Notes: generated from the sequence alone by a model not told the origin. DNA of 64,000 nucleotides from an uncultured virus (IMG/VR IMGVR_UViG_3300037042_002251) (IMGVR_UViG_3300037042_002251), one strand, 5' to 3'; positions 53,783 through 63,141 are shown, counted from the first letter of the stretch. Translations and numbers: made by a program.

Positions 53783-54172
53783 ATGACACAGCCTCCGTAC
53801 ACCCTGCTCCCCGGCTGGGAATGGCTCCCCGGGATGCTCGTTCACCTCTACTCCACGCCTCGCAGGCTCTTGGCCGTCCGGGAAGATGACTTCCTCGGAG
53901 AACCTGTGCTGGAGGGTCTGGTTGACCAAGAGGAAAGTGCCCCCAAGTGGGTCAACCTCCAGTATGTCCTGCTCTGCCCGGAGGACCCCGCGACCGGTGG
54001 GTGCTTCTTGTCTCTCCTCGGAGACGACATCGAAGTCTGGATGGAGCCCGGAGCCGTCTACGTCCGACCCTACGCCGCAGGAGAGACGACCGGACCTTCA
54101 TGGTCCGGAGCCACGCTAGGAGAGGCATGTGTCAGCATGGCGTTGGGCCGGGGCTACTGGAGAGCGGAGTGA
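53783..54172 (+). CDS. hypothetical protein, paralog of 54618-54896
   Basis: Shared WLPGML and D..T..C.L.L motifs. Confidence 0.7.
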   Translation: MTQPPYTLLPGWEWLPGMLVHLYSTPRRLLAVREDDFLGEPVLEGLVDQEESAPKWVNLQYVLLCPEDPATGGCFLSLLGDDIEVWMEPGAVYVRPYAAGETTGPSWSGATLGEACVSMALGRGYWRAE

Positions 54173-54432
54173 CCTACGACATTCTTGAGTGCGACCGGAG
54201 GGCAACTCCACTTGGAGCGGCCCTCTACGTCCGCATCCATCGGAGCGACAAGGCCCCGATGGGGTTCCGGGAACTGTGGGACGTGTTCGATGCCCACTAC
54301 CCGGAGAAGTGGGCCGTACAGGTCTTTCCGCCCCGGTCGGACCTGCTCGACCAAGCGAACAAGTACCACCTCTTCGTGCTGGACACGGAGCCGCAAGATT
54401 TCAACCTGATGCGCCCCGGACCTCGGGGTTGA
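54169..54432 (+). CDS. conserved phage protein
   Basis: AVQVFPPRSDLLDQANKYHLF motif; GTGA overlap. Confidence 0.7.
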   Translation: MTYDILECDRRATPLGAALYVRIHRSDKAPMGFRELWDVFDAHYPEKWAVQVFPPRSDLLDQANKYHLFVLDTEPQDFNLMRPGPRG

Positions 54433-54441
54433 GAGAACGAC

Positions 54442-54621
54442 ATGGGCCTTGACGACGAAATCGCTCGCGGAGTGTTCCACCAACCATTGGACCTCGAACC
54501 CATCAAGGCTCGTCTCCGAGACGGCAAGGTTCACCCGGACGACGTGCGTGTTCTCATCGAGGAGGTCGAGCGTCTCCGGAAGTCGAACAAGCGACTGAAC
54601 GCCATCGTGGGCGTACCGTGA
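54442..54621 (+). CDS. hypothetical protein (59 aa)
   Basis: Read manually; contains LIEEVERLR. Confidence 0.6.
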   Translation: MGLDDEIARGVFHQPLDLEPIKARLRDGKVHPDDVRVLIEEVERLRKSNKRLNAIVGVP

Positions 54622-54896
54622 AGTGGTTGCCGGGGATGCTCGGAGTGAGCCGCAACGACGGGACGAAGTACCGCATCCTCGGGGTGGGTGAGGAGCCGCT
54701 ACGTGTAGACGCTCGGCTCGGGCAGGACCTTGCGGAGTGGCCCGTCCAGACCGGGATGCAGAGCCTCGACCCGGACCTCAACGACACCGTGACGCGACTC
54801 TGTGCGCTGGAACTGGTCCGCCAGCGTCGCTGCAATCCTGATTGGTTCCCAGCATCTCCGGCGGACCTCCTCACGGCATGGCGAAAGATACAATGA
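54618..54896 (+). CDS. hypothetical protein
   Basis: GTGA overlap; paralog of 53783-54172. Confidence 0.65.
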   Translation: MKWLPGMLGVSRNDGTKYRILGVGEEPLRVDARLGQDLAEWPVQTGMQSLDPDLNDTVTRLCALELVRQRRCNPDWFPASPADLLTAWRKIQ

Positions 54897-54912
54897 AAGT
54901 GTCGGACACGGT

Positions 54913-54941
54913 TTGACGGCTGACTGAAGCCGGAGTAGGTT
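54913..54941 (+). promoter_or_regulatory. sigma70-type promoter
   Basis: TTGACG-N17-TAGGTT. Confidence 0.65.
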
Positions 54942-54956
54942 GTGCATGAGGTGACC

Positions 54957-55364
54957 ATGAGCGACCATCCGAACAGCCTTCTTGCCTACGACCGTTCCGA
55001 GGAGAACGGAGCGAACCGCCGCCAGCGGTACTACCAGTTCGTCCTCTCTCGGGGTGAGGCCGGTGCGACGGACGACGAGGTCATCGTCGGAGCGGGCATC
55101 GACCATCAATCCGTGGGAGCGTGCCGTCACGACCTGATGAAGTTGGGGGCCCTCGTGGACACGGGCACCAACCGGCAGACTCGCTCAAAGCGGCTCGCTC
55201 GGGTGTGGCGGGGCGTGCCGGGTGTTGACGTGTCCATCAAGCCCCCCAAGACCCGCCGCGAGGAACTGCTCCGGCTTGCTCGCAAGGTCCTTAAGACCCT
55301 CACGGACGAGCAGTTGGAGATGTTCGTGAGCGAAGACTTCACGGAGACCTACGACGATGAGTAA
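54957..55364 (+). CDS. winged-helix DNA-binding protein
   Basis: GATDDEV...HQSVGACRHDLMKLGALVDTG..RQTRSKRLARVW. Confidence 0.75.
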   Translation: MSDHPNSLLAYDRSEENGANRRQRYYQFVLSRGEAGATDDEVIVGAGIDHQSVGACRHDLMKLGALVDTGTNRQTRSKRLARVWRGVPGVDVSIKPPKTRREELLRLARKVLKTLTDEQLEMFVSEDFTETYDDE

Positions 55365-55713
55365 CGACCTCAAGTCCATTAAGGCTCGCCTCGACAGGGC
55401 CAGCCCCGGCCCGTGGCGTGCGCTCGCAGGCGCACGGAAAGTGTCCGTCCGCGACGTAGGACTGGGTGCGCTCCCCGCCTCCTTCGCAACCCCGCTAGTG
55501 CTGGGGAACGACGAGTACGTCCTTGGCGAGATTTCGCCGTGGATTGAAGACGTAGACCGCGACTTCATCGTCCACGCCCGCACAGATGTCGAGAGCCTCT
55601 ACGACGAACTCCGCGCCGCTCGCGAACACCTGCGAGCCGTGCTGTTCGATTGCGACGAACAAGCCGTCGCCGCTGCCCGCGCCTACCTCAAGGACACGGA
55701 GAAGAGCACATGA
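55357..55713 (+). CDS. Ead/Ea22-like protein
   Basis: RASPGPW...DFIVHARTDVESLYDEL. Confidence 0.65.
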   Translation: MSNDLKSIKARLDRASPGPWRALAGARKVSVRDVGLGALPASFATPLVLGNDEYVLGEISPWIEDVDRDFIVHARTDVESLYDELRAAREHLRAVLFDCDEQAVAAARAYLKDTEKST

Positions 55714-55985
55714 GGTCGCAATACTCCATGCTGTGGTCGGTCTACGACCGAAACGAGGACCACGATACCTCCTGTTGGTGGGGTCAGGGTTGGGGCTGGG
55801 TACGTCGCGGAGAGACGAAGGCCCCCACTCTTCAGTCCTGCTCGATGCACCACTACCGGAAGACGGCAGAGAAGAGCGCGCTCCGGCTACTCGCGAAGGG
55901 CGGCGACCCCGTTCTCGTCCAGACCTGCTACCGGAAGTCACGCAAGCACCCGAAGGGCTGGGACCGTGAGTGGGGGATGCGATGA
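55710..55985 (+). CDS. hypothetical protein
   Basis: ATGA overlaps. Confidence 0.6.
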   Translation: MRSQYSMLWSVYDRNEDHDTSCWWGQGWGWVRRGETKAPTLQSCSMHHYRKTAEKSALRLLAKGGDPVLVQTCYRKSRKHPKGWDREWGMR

Positions 55986-56203
55986 AGTCGCTGCCCGGAG
56001 ACACGGTCGAGTACACCCGACACGCGGACGGCACGACCGTTCGGGGTGTTGTGAAGTTCGTCCTCTCGCGCTCTCAGCACCCCGACCTGTTCCACTCCCA
56101 ACTGGCGGAGGAGGACGTGGCGTACCGTCTCCACCTTTCCTTGGTGGACGAGGTTCGCGTTGGGCATCCCGTCACCATCGGTCACTCGCGGGTGAAGCCG
56201 TGA
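55982..56203 (+). CDS. hypothetical protein
   Basis: ATGA overlap. Confidence 0.6.
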   Translation: MKSLPGDTVEYTRHADGTTVRGVVKFVLSRSQHPDLFHSQLAEEDVAYRLHLSLVDEVRVGHPVTIGHSRVKP

Positions 56204-56508
56204 CCCCAGCCAAGGAACCTTGCTCCGTGTGCAAGGGCTACTGCTGCCTCGACGAACTCTACTACCCCATCGAACACATGGGTGCGGGTTGGTATCGGCA
56301 CGACTGCTGCGCGTGCGTGCACGGCACCAAGTACGAACCTGCCCGCAGCGTCGGAGAGGAGCGGGCCGACGTACTGGCGTTCCTCGAACAGGCGTGCGGG
56401 TACGCGTACCCTGACCCTCCGCTGCACCCGTCTCGCTACATCAAGATGCTCGCAACGCTCATCACGACCGGCTCCCACATCGGAGCAGTCAAGAGGGGGG
56501 AGCCATGA
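56200..56508 (+). CDS. Cys-rich hypothetical protein
   Basis: CSVCKGYCC...CCAC. Confidence 0.65.
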   Translation: MTPAKEPCSVCKGYCCLDELYYPIEHMGAGWYRHDCCACVHGTKYEPARSVGEERADVLAFLEQACGYAYPDPPLHPSRYIKMLATLITTGSHIGAVKRGEP

Positions 56509-56945
56509 CTACTCCGTGTCCCATGTGTGACGGCAAGTGCTGTCGCACGGAGATTCACCGCATCCCCACGTCCCACTCGGGGGACAACTGCCATGTGTGC
56601 CCCGGGTGTCGGAACGGCACCGCTCCGGCAATCGACTTCAAGAGGATGAAGGCGATGTTCAACGAAGCGGACACCCTCCTCACGGAGATTGGGTACGCAC
56701 TCGAAGGAAAGGAAGTTCCCAAGGGTAAGGACGAACTCCTCGACCGGGTCATTGAACTCCGCGACGCTCGACGCCTCGACAACGAGGACCTCGCCCGCTC
56801 ATTCGACATGGGCTGGGACGCATCAACCGCCGCCGTGGTGGCGTGGCTGCGGGGGCAGGCCGAGAGCACGAACTTCCGCCCGCGGAAGTGCCCGCTCGCA
56901 GACGCCATCGAACGTGGCGACCACATGAAGGGGAACAAGCGATGA
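56505..56945 (+). CDS. Cys-rich hypothetical protein
   Basis: CPMCDGKCC...CPGC; AAVVAWLR C-terminal module. Confidence 0.7.
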   Translation: MTTPCPMCDGKCCRTEIHRIPTSHSGDNCHVCPGCRNGTAPAIDFKRMKAMFNEADTLLTEIGYALEGKEVPKGKDELLDRVIELRDARRLDNEDLARSFDMGWDASTAAVVAWLRGQAESTNFRPRKCPLADAIERGDHMKGNKR

Positions 56946-57619
56946 ACCTCGACATCAACGCCCTCCGCGAACGGCTGCGCGAGTACGAACCCTCCATCGT
57001 CCGCTGCCCGAACAAGGTCGAAGAGGTGCGTGACGACGCTTTCCTCTACCATCCGTGTGGCCGTCCGGAGGGGCACGAGGGGGCGTGCGGGAACGTCCGA
57101 ATGGTGCTGGGCTTCCCCGGCTACGCCTCTCTCGCCGCGCTGCTGGACGAGGTGGAGCGGCTCCGCGAGAACGCCGAAGCCCGTGAGCGCGTCATGCGCC
57201 GGGAGAACGTCATCCTGCGCGCCGCCGAGCGCGAGCGGGACGAACTGCGCGCCGACGTGAGGGACGCCGAGAAGGGCGCGGCGGCGTGCGACCAGATGCT
57301 CGCGCTCCTCGACGGCTTGCCCGTCAGCGACCCGTGCCCCGAGGCGGCGAGGGTCGCGGCCTTGCTTGCCGAGAACACCGCGCTGCGCGAGTTGCTGGAC
57401 GCAAAGTCCCACGAGGCGGGCCTCTACGCTCGCCGGATGGAGCAGGCCCAGCGAAGCCGAGACGAGGCGAGGGCCGAGGAGCGCGCCGCCGTGGTGGCGT
57501 GGCTGCGCCGAAAGGCGACGGACGACTTCTGCGCGCTCCGCGTGAAAGAGGCATGTGATGCCGAGAAATCCGCAGATGTCATTGAACGCGGCGAGCACCG
57601 CCGCGAGGAGGAGGAATGA
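56942..57619 (+). CDS. coiled-coil hypothetical protein
   Basis: AAVVAWLR...IERGEH C-terminal module. Confidence 0.7.
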   Translation: MNLDINALRERLREYEPSIVRCPNKVEEVRDDAFLYHPCGRPEGHEGACGNVRMVLGFPGYASLAALLDEVERLRENAEARERVMRRENVILRAAERERDELRADVRDAEKGAAACDQMLALLDGLPVSDPCPEAARVAALLAENTALRELLDAKSHEAGLYARRMEQAQRSRDEARAEERAAVVAWLRRKATDDFCALRVKEACDAEKSADVIERGEHRREEEE

Positions 57620-57882
57620 ACATCGACATCAGCAAGGGCGACATCAACGAGCACCTCTGGTTCCAGCGTATGCTCGAAGCACGGCTTGTGGCAGAGACGC
57701 AGCGTAGGGCTATTGAAGCGCAGGCTATCGCGCCAGAAGGCGGGCGATGGCGTTTCGAGGTCAACGCAAACTACTCCGCAAATGCTGTGGAGGTAACCTA
57801 CTTCGATAAACTGTCCGTCCGGCGATGCGAGACGTACACCCTCGCGGAAGTTCTGCGCCTCGCCATGACGGAGAAGGAATGA
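57616..57882 (+). CDS. hypothetical protein
   Basis: GAGGAGG upstream; ATGA overlap. Confidence 0.65.
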   Translation: MNIDISKGDINEHLWFQRMLEARLVAETQRRAIEAQAIAPEGGRWRFEVNANYSANAVEVTYFDKLSVRRCETYTLAEVLRLAMTEKE

Positions 57883-58112
57883 GCGAGAAGAAGTATTGGA
57901 GGGTCGAACTAGATAAAGTCACCCGCTACGCGACCTACGTTGTCGCGGACACGCTGGAGGCAGCATTTGCCATCGCGTACACCGTCGAAGAAGACGAAGT
58001 GCGGGAAATGAGCGTGGAGTGGCTGGAAGTCGAGGTTTATGCGGCAGACCAAGACGAGGCTTTGGACGGTGGGCTTCTGTTCCGGCCCAGCGACGACGAG
58101 GAGGAGCCATGA
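57879..58112 (+). CDS. hypothetical acidic protein
   Basis: ATGA overlap. Confidence 0.65.
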   Translation: MSEKKYWRVELDKVTRYATYVVADTLEAAFAIAYTVEEDEVREMSVEWLEVEVYAADQDEALDGGLLFRPSDDEEEP

Positions 58113-58516
58113 CCACGACCCCACTCTGCACAACCTGTCGCGGCGACTGCTGCTCCAACGAGAGCGGAAGCCGCGTCGTGGCCCACGGAGCCGCGCTCTC
58201 GCTGCACCGCTGCCCTGACTGCCCCGACGGTTACGCCCTCCCCATCGACCTCGCAGCGGCGAGGTTGGCCGCGCTGTGGGACGCAGAGCGAGAGAACACC
58301 GCGCTGCGGCTGGAGGTCGCGTGGCTCCGGTCGGACATCCTGCCCACAGAGCCGTGCGCCACGTGTGGACACCCGAAGTGGAAGCATCACGACTACCGCA
58401 ACGGAGAAGGGCACGACGTGACGAAGTGCTGGGGGCGTGGATTCGACCGTGACGACTGCCATGCGCGATGCGTGCGATTCGTTCGCCACCCGCACCATCG
58501 CGAGGAGGGCGCATGA
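58109..58516 (+). CDS. Cys-rich hypothetical protein
   Basis: CTTCRGDCC...CPDC; CATCGH. Confidence 0.65.
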   Translation: MTTTPLCTTCRGDCCSNESGSRVVAHGAALSLHRCPDCPDGYALPIDLAAARLAALWDAERENTALRLEVAWLRSDILPTEPCATCGHPKWKHHDYRNGEGHDVTKCWGRGFDRDDCHARCVRFVRHPHHREEGA

Positions 58517-58752
58517 GGCTCAAGTACGTCCACACCCGGGTCGTCCGTTACGTGTGCGTGGTCGAGGCTCCCAGCATGGACATGGGCGACGACCTCATGC
58601 TCCTCCACGACGAGTGGCAGGAGGACAAAGTGGAATCCTACGACCCTCCGTGGCGTGAGGACTGCAACCCGGACGAGCCACCCGACCTCTACATCACGGA
58701 GGACGGAGAGATGATTTCTGCGTGGGCCATGCGACAGAAGGAGAAGCCATGA
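58513..58752 (+). CDS. hypothetical acidic protein
   Basis: GAGGAGG upstream. Confidence 0.65.
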   Translation: MRLKYVHTRVVRYVCVVEAPSMDMGDDLMLLHDEWQEDKVESYDPPWREDCNPDEPPDLYITEDGEMISAWAMRQKEKP

Positions 58753-59048
58753 AACTCGACATTGAAGCCATCAAGCGACGACACCTTGACCCGGAGAAGA
58801 CGGCGGGGCGCACGATGTACGAAGGGCACATCACCATCGACCTCGGGGCCTGTGTGGACGAGATTGAACATCTCCGGGACCAACACCAGCGCATCCTCAC
58901 CATGCTTCAAGAGCGGGTCCAGCGCCGGGCCCGAGAGGCGTACGCAGCATGGGACGCTGCTGACGGAGACGGCGTTGCTTGGAACCTCGAAAACGAGGTG
59001 AAGTCCATTCTCACCGACATCATCAGCATTACGGAGAGTGCAACATGA
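58749..59048 (+). CDS. hypothetical protein
   Basis: AAGGAG upstream. Confidence 0.65.
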   Translation: MKLDIEAIKRRHLDPEKTAGRTMYEGHITIDLGACVDEIEHLRDQHQRILTMLQERVQRRAREAYAAWDAADGDGVAWNLENEVKSILTDIISITESAT

Positions 59049-59227
59049 AGAAGAAGTGGCTCGTTCAGGTCAAGGTTGAGCAGATTCACGGGTACATCGT
59101 CGAGGCGGAGACCGTAGAGGAGGCCAAGAAGGTGGCCGACAGTATCGAGTGGGGCGAAGATACCTGCGAGGATTGGCTGGCCGTCAAGTCCTACGGAGAG
59201 CCGACCCCCGTTGGGTGGGACGAGTGA
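59045..59227 (+). CDS. hypothetical protein
   Basis: GGAG upstream; ATGA overlap. Confidence 0.65.
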   Translation: MKKKWLVQVKVEQIHGYIVEAETVEEAKKVADSIEWGEDTCEDWLAVKSYGEPTPVGWDE

Positions 59228-59436
59228 CAGAGCCTCTCCCACCCCTCAACGCAACCGACCTCCTCGTGGTGGTCTGCCCTGCGTGTCAGGCTCCGGTGGG
59301 AGTGCCCTGTCGTGACCCGTCCACGTTGGCTTCGCTTCCACCCATTCGGAACCCGTACACGGAGCCGCCTGACCCCCGGTTCCACCCGATGTACCATTAC
59401 GCCCGCCTCTGGGCAGCAACGGACACCAAGCCATGA
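59224..59436 (+). CDS. small zinc-finger-like protein
   Basis: VCPACQAPVGVPC...HYAR. Confidence 0.6.
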   Translation: MTEPLPPLNATDLLVVVCPACQAPVGVPCRDPSTLASLPPIRNPYTEPPDPRFHPMYHYARLWAATDTKP

Positions 59437-59654
59437 CCGACAAGAACGGAAACGAAGTGAAGAAGGGGGCACGCTGCCGCTTTGATGCGGAGCGGGGCTG
59501 GACGAACGGCATTGTCCGGGACGTGAAAGACACCGGAGTGTGGGCTGACCATGCCCGGGTGGATGACGGAGACCCTGCCATCGACGACCTGCACACCAAC
59601 GGGTTTAGGGTCTCGGCGTGGGTCTGCTCTGAGGAAATCGAGGTCCTCCCGTGA
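59433..59654 (+). CDS. hypothetical protein (SH3-like)
   Basis: Begins DKNGNEVKKG. Confidence 0.6.
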   Translation: MTDKNGNEVKKGARCRFDAERGWTNGIVRDVKDTGVWADHARVDDGDPAIDDLHTNGFRVSAWVCSEEIEVLP

Positions 59655-59851
59655 GCGTTCTCCGTTGCCCAAAGTGTGGGAACGTCCTGAAGTGGGCGTG
59701 TGCCGAGGAAGAAGGGGAAGCGTACTGCTCCGCGCTCCAGAGCCGCATCCTGTTCGAGTTCCGCAACGACCCGGCCTGTGACTTCGAGGGCAAGGTACGC
59801 CGCGTCTCGCCCTCCGAGGTTGAACTTGTGCCCCGCAGACCGAAGCCGTGA
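59651..59851 (+). CDS. small zinc-ribbon protein
   Basis: CPKCG. Confidence 0.6.
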   Translation: MSVLRCPKCGNVLKWACAEEEGEAYCSALQSRILFEFRNDPACDFEGKVRRVSPSEVELVPRRPKP

Positions 59852-60279
59852 CGGGCATCCGGCGCATCGTCCCCGTGGTGGACTTCTGGGGCTGGTCGTG
59901 GATTGGCGGCAAGTTGCCCGAGCCGGAGAGGAAGGCTCTCAACGCCGACATGGCGGGCAAGTTCCTGTGGTTCTCGCCGTACCGGGACATCCTCATCAGC
60001 GTCGGAGTGAGCGAACTCCTCTGTGGGTTCCGCTCCGCCAAGGTCAGCCTTGAGCCCCGCAACGGAGAGTACGTCCTCTGCGTCTACGACCGGACACCGG
60101 ACCGCCGAAAAGAGGTCGAGGTGAGGACAGAGGACGACTACTCCGTACACTCCGAGTTCCTGCACTTCGCTGGGTGGAAGTACAACTTCAAGACCCGACA
60201 GGACCATCACCTTCCGATGACCGGAGGCTGGTTCCCTGCCGTGTGGATGAGAAACTTCGCCGGACGCATTGACGGTTGA
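59848..60279 (+). CDS. hypothetical protein
   Basis: GTGA overlap. Confidence 0.65.
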   Translation: MTGIRRIVPVVDFWGWSWIGGKLPEPERKALNADMAGKFLWFSPYRDILISVGVSELLCGFRSAKVSLEPRNGEYVLCVYDRTPDRRKEVEVRTEDDYSVHSEFLHFAGWKYNFKTRQDHHLPMTGGWFPAVWMRNFAGRIDG

Positions 60280-60297
60280 CGCAGTTGAGGGTACGTT
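60269..60297 (+). promoter_or_regulatory. sigma70-type promoter, probably leaderless
   Basis: TTGACG-N17-TACGTT; ATG 6 nt after the -10. Confidence 0.65.
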
Positions 60298-60303
60298 CCG
60301 GGT

Positions 60304-60495
60304 ATGGCCTCGAACCCTACCCCTGAGTGGGAGCCCGGAGTGCTCATCGAGCACAACGGCATCCCTATGACGGTTGAACGAGTGGAGTACGACGAGTGGC
60401 TCGGAGAGCAAGTCGTCATTCTCTACTGCTCGGACAACCGCTGCGTCATCGTGTCCGAACGAACCAAGAGGAGCACCCATGAAGCCCACGCTTGA
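60304..60495 (+). CDS. hypothetical protein
   Basis: Starts at the predicted TSS. Confidence 0.6.
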   Translation: MASNPTPEWEPGVLIEHNGIPMTVERVEYDEWLGEQVVILYCSDNRCVIVSERTKRSTHEAHA

Positions 60496-60928
60496 TTTCA
60501 CCCAAGACGGCCTCCGGCACCGGAAGTGGGTGTTTCCCGCTTTCTTCTGCGGAGTGAAGAACTGCTGCGAGGGAAAGCCGGTAGACCAGTACTCCTCGCA
60601 CGGCATCAGTACGGAGCGGTGGCTCTACTGCGTGGGAGACAACCCCTACGCCGTGTCTATGGAAGTCTCGACGGGTCAATACCTGCCGGAGACCCAGCAG
60701 TCGAACCAGCCGCCCTCGGCATGGGACATGTCGTGGCATCGCAGCGCAGAGGAGGGCATCTCCTCGAACTGCCTGTGCCTGTCGGAGACTTCCTGCAACT
60801 CAGACGGCACGACTCTCGGCGCGTCGGAGTGGTTCACGCAGCAGCAGGCGAAGCACGGTACGGTCACCGACGACCATGTGTTCACGTTCCTCCGCACTAG
60901 CCTCTACCCGAACTGGAAGGAGGCGTAA
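60479..60928 (+). CDS. Cys-rich hypothetical protein
   Basis: GAGGAG upstream. Confidence 0.65.
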   Translation: MKPTLDFTQDGLRHRKWVFPAFFCGVKNCCEGKPVDQYSSHGISTERWLYCVGDNPYAVSMEVSTGQYLPETQQSNQPPSAWDMSWHRSAEEGISSNCLCLSETSCNSDGTTLGASEWFTQQQAKHGTVTDDHVFTFLRTSLYPNWKEA

Positions 60929-61185
60929 TGCTCCGTGTGAAGTCAGAAGAGCGCAAGACGGTCCTCAACAGCGACGTGAAGGGAATCTACGAGGTCACTC
61001 TCATTCCCGAGAAGGTCGCAAGCATCGAAGAACTCTCCGCTGCGCTGAAGGTCGTCGAGGCGTGGCGCGAGGCTGCCGTAGATGCTCTCCGGGTTCGAGC
61101 CAACTACGCGGATTGGACGGAGGTGGAGTTTCTGCCCCGTCCTGACCATGTGAAGGTCACCATCAAGCAGGGGATGTGTGGATGA
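60928..61185 (+). CDS. hypothetical protein
   Basis: AAGGAGG upstream; TAATG overlap. Confidence 0.7.
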   Translation: MLRVKSEERKTVLNSDVKGIYEVTLIPEKVASIEELSAALKVVEAWREAAVDALRVRANYADWTEVEFLPRPDHVKVTIKQGMCG

Positions 61186-61595
61186 GGGGGTGGGTCGGAG
61201 GAGGGCTCCTGTGCGAGTGGCTCTCCAAGCCCGATGAGCGCACGTTCGCCCTGCCTGTTGTGGACAACAACTTCACGTACGCCTCGCTCACGCTCGCACG
61301 CCTTCACGAGAGCCACGAGACCGTCACGTTGGTCTCTCGCAGCCCGGAGGTGGCGTACAAGATGCCCGAGGATGGCGTCGTTGAGACCATCCACGGTCGG
61401 TGGCCCGCTCCGTTCGACAGCCTCGCCGCCCTTGCTCGCGGTGAGGTGAGCGGAGTGTCGAGGGGTCGGCTCCTCTACAACGCGTACTGGCACGCGCTGT
61501 CCCATTCTCCCGCACTTCGACGCTGGGTCGCGGAGCAGTATCCGGACTACTGGAAGTCCCTCGTCCTTTCGTTTCCTGCTATGGGAGCAGAATGA
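61182..61595 (+). CDS. hypothetical protein
   Basis: ATGA overlaps. Confidence 0.6.
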   Translation: MRGWVGGGLLCEWLSKPDERTFALPVVDNNFTYASLTLARLHESHETVTLVSRSPEVAYKMPEDGVVETIHGRWPAPFDSLAALARGEVSGVSRGRLLYNAYWHALSHSPALRRWVAEQYPDYWKSLVLSFPAMGAE

Positions 61596-62392
61596 ACGCA
61601 GCCCAACGGGCCTTCCGCGATGCGGAGGTCGTCATCGTGACCACAGGAGCCGGGATGGGCGTGGACTCGGGGCTACCCGACTTCCGGGGCCCCGAGGGCT
61701 TCTGGCGGGCGTACCCGGCTCTCCGTGACCTCGACTTGTCGTTCGAGGAGATTGCGACGCCAATGTGGTTCGAGCGTGACCCGCGCCTCGCGTGGGGGTT
61801 CTACGGTCACCGGCTCAACCTCTACCGTCAGACGCGCCCGCACGCGGGGTACACGATGCTCCAAGACGGCATCGGGAGCCGTCCACACTTCGCGCTCACG
61901 ACCAACGTGGATGGTGCGCTCCAGAAGTCCGGGTGGCCTCCGTTCCATGTCTACGAGATGCACGGTCGCATCAACACGTTTCAATGCACGGTCTGCGATT
62001 ACGCTCCGTGGGACGGCAGCCACGTCAACATCAAGGTCAGCAGCAAACTGCGCCTCGTCGGCAAACTGCCGACCTGTCCGGAGTGTGGCTCCGTGGCCCG
62101 ACCAAACATTATGATGTTCGATGACCCCTACTTTGACCCGACTGTGAACCAGCAACAGTCCTCGCGCTACCGCACGTGGATGAACCGGCACCGCTCGAAC
62201 ATGCGTGGCGTCGTGGTCGTAGAGATTGGGGCAGGAAAGGCCATCCCGACGCTCCGGCGCATGGGTGGGATGCTGGAAGAGGACGGCGCGACCCTCATTC
62301 GCATCAACCTCCGGGAGGCCGAAGGGTCGCCCCGTACGATTTCGGTCCCGATGACCGGACTTCAGGGCATACGTATGTTGACGGAGCCGTAG
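61592..62392 (+). CDS. Sir2/sirtuin-family NAD-dependent deacylase
   Basis: GAGMGVDSGLPDFRG, TTNVDG, EMHG, two CxxC pairs, RPNIMMF, EIGAG, IRIN. Confidence 0.92.
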   Translation: MNAAQRAFRDAEVVIVTTGAGMGVDSGLPDFRGPEGFWRAYPALRDLDLSFEEIATPMWFERDPRLAWGFYGHRLNLYRQTRPHAGYTMLQDGIGSRPHFALTTNVDGALQKSGWPPFHVYEMHGRINTFQCTVCDYAPWDGSHVNIKVSSKLRLVGKLPTCPECGSVARPNIMMFDDPYFDPTVNQQQSSRYRTWMNRHRSNMRGVVVVEIGAGKAIPTLRRMGGMLEEDGATLIRINLREAEGSPRTISVPMTGLQGIRMLTEP

Positions 62393-62406
62393 GGCGTGGT
62401 TATTCT
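62378..62406 (+). promoter_or_regulatory. sigma70-type promoter
   Basis: TTGACG-N17-TATTCT; leader hairpin GGTGCC/GGCACC overlaps the SD. Confidence 0.7.
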
Positions 62407-62429
62407 CAAGGTGCCATCAAGGAGGCACC

Positions 62430-62705
62430 ATGCGAACTGACGACGAAGCGAACTTTCTCCGTACTGTGGGCAACCGCATCAAGCGTATCCGTGAGATGCA
62501 GGGTCACACGGCAGCCGACCTCGGCGTAAAGTTGGGGATGAACCCTGCGTCCGCTGCGACCGGAGTAATCCAGATTGAGAGCGGCAAGCACGGCACGCAG
62601 ATTGACACGCTCTACCGTGTGGCCAACGCCCTCGGAGTGACCCCCGGCTTGCTGCTCGACGGTGGCGAGGTTGAGTTGCGGGTCGTGAAGCGCGAGAAGG
62701 TGTGA
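62430..62705 (+). CDS. XRE/Cro-C1 HTH regulator
   Basis: VGNRIKRIREMQG...IESGK...TLYRVANALGV. Confidence 0.88.
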   Translation: MRTDDEANFLRTVGNRIKRIREMQGHTAADLGVKLGMNPASAATGVIQIESGKHGTQIDTLYRVANALGVTPGLLLDGGEVELRVVKREKV

Positions 62706-62899
62706 TGTACCGGCTGACCGGGCCCTCCGTGGACCTCGAAATCGAGGTTCGTGAGGACGGCAGGGCCCGTTGGTACGGTCGCATCGGAGAGAGCAACGGA
62801 GGAAGTGAGGGTTGGATTTCGATTGAACGCCTCGCATCAATGGTTGTGCGATACGTTCGCTCGCATGAACGTCCTCCTGCTGAAGAACGCCACGACTGA
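62705..62899 (+). CDS. hypothetical protein
   Basis: TGATG overlap. Confidence 0.55.
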   Translation: MYRLTGPSVDLEIEVREDGRARWYGRIGESNGGSEGWISIERLASMVVRYVRSHERPPAEERHD

Positions 62900-63110
62900 C
62901 AACGAACTGCTCTGGCCGTGGGAGCAGCACAACACGCTCCGTGTGGATTTGGACTTTCATGCCAAGTCCTGCGGAGCGTGTACTTTGGTGGACAACCGAA
63001 TCTTCGATACGCACATCTCGCAGGACACCATCTCCGTGAACTGTCCGGAGGGTGTGCGGCTCGGTCAGGCGCTACTCCGGGCGAAGTCAATCATCGTCGG
63101 GCGGGTTTGA
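62865..63110 (+). CDS. hypothetical protein
   Basis: Fills the gap before the next promoter; start uncertain. Confidence 0.45.
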   Translation: MNVLLLKNATTDNELLWPWEQHNTLRVDLDFHAKSCGACTLVDNRIFDTHISQDTISVNCPEGVRLGQALLRAKSIIVGRV

Positions 63111-63135
63111 CGGCTGACGAAGTGGGTGCTATGCG
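63107..63135 (+). promoter_or_regulatory. sigma70-type promoter, probably leaderless
   Basis: TTGACG-N17-TATGCG with extended TG; ATG 6 nt after the -10. Confidence 0.65.
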
Positions 63136-63141
63136 TCGTGC

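Noticed and set aside
61592..62392. Sir2-based anti-phage defence system (Thoeris, DSR, Sir2-HerA)
   Set aside because: Stand-alone zinc-containing deacylase-type sirtuin with no TIR, HerA or pAgo partner, inside a viral operon.
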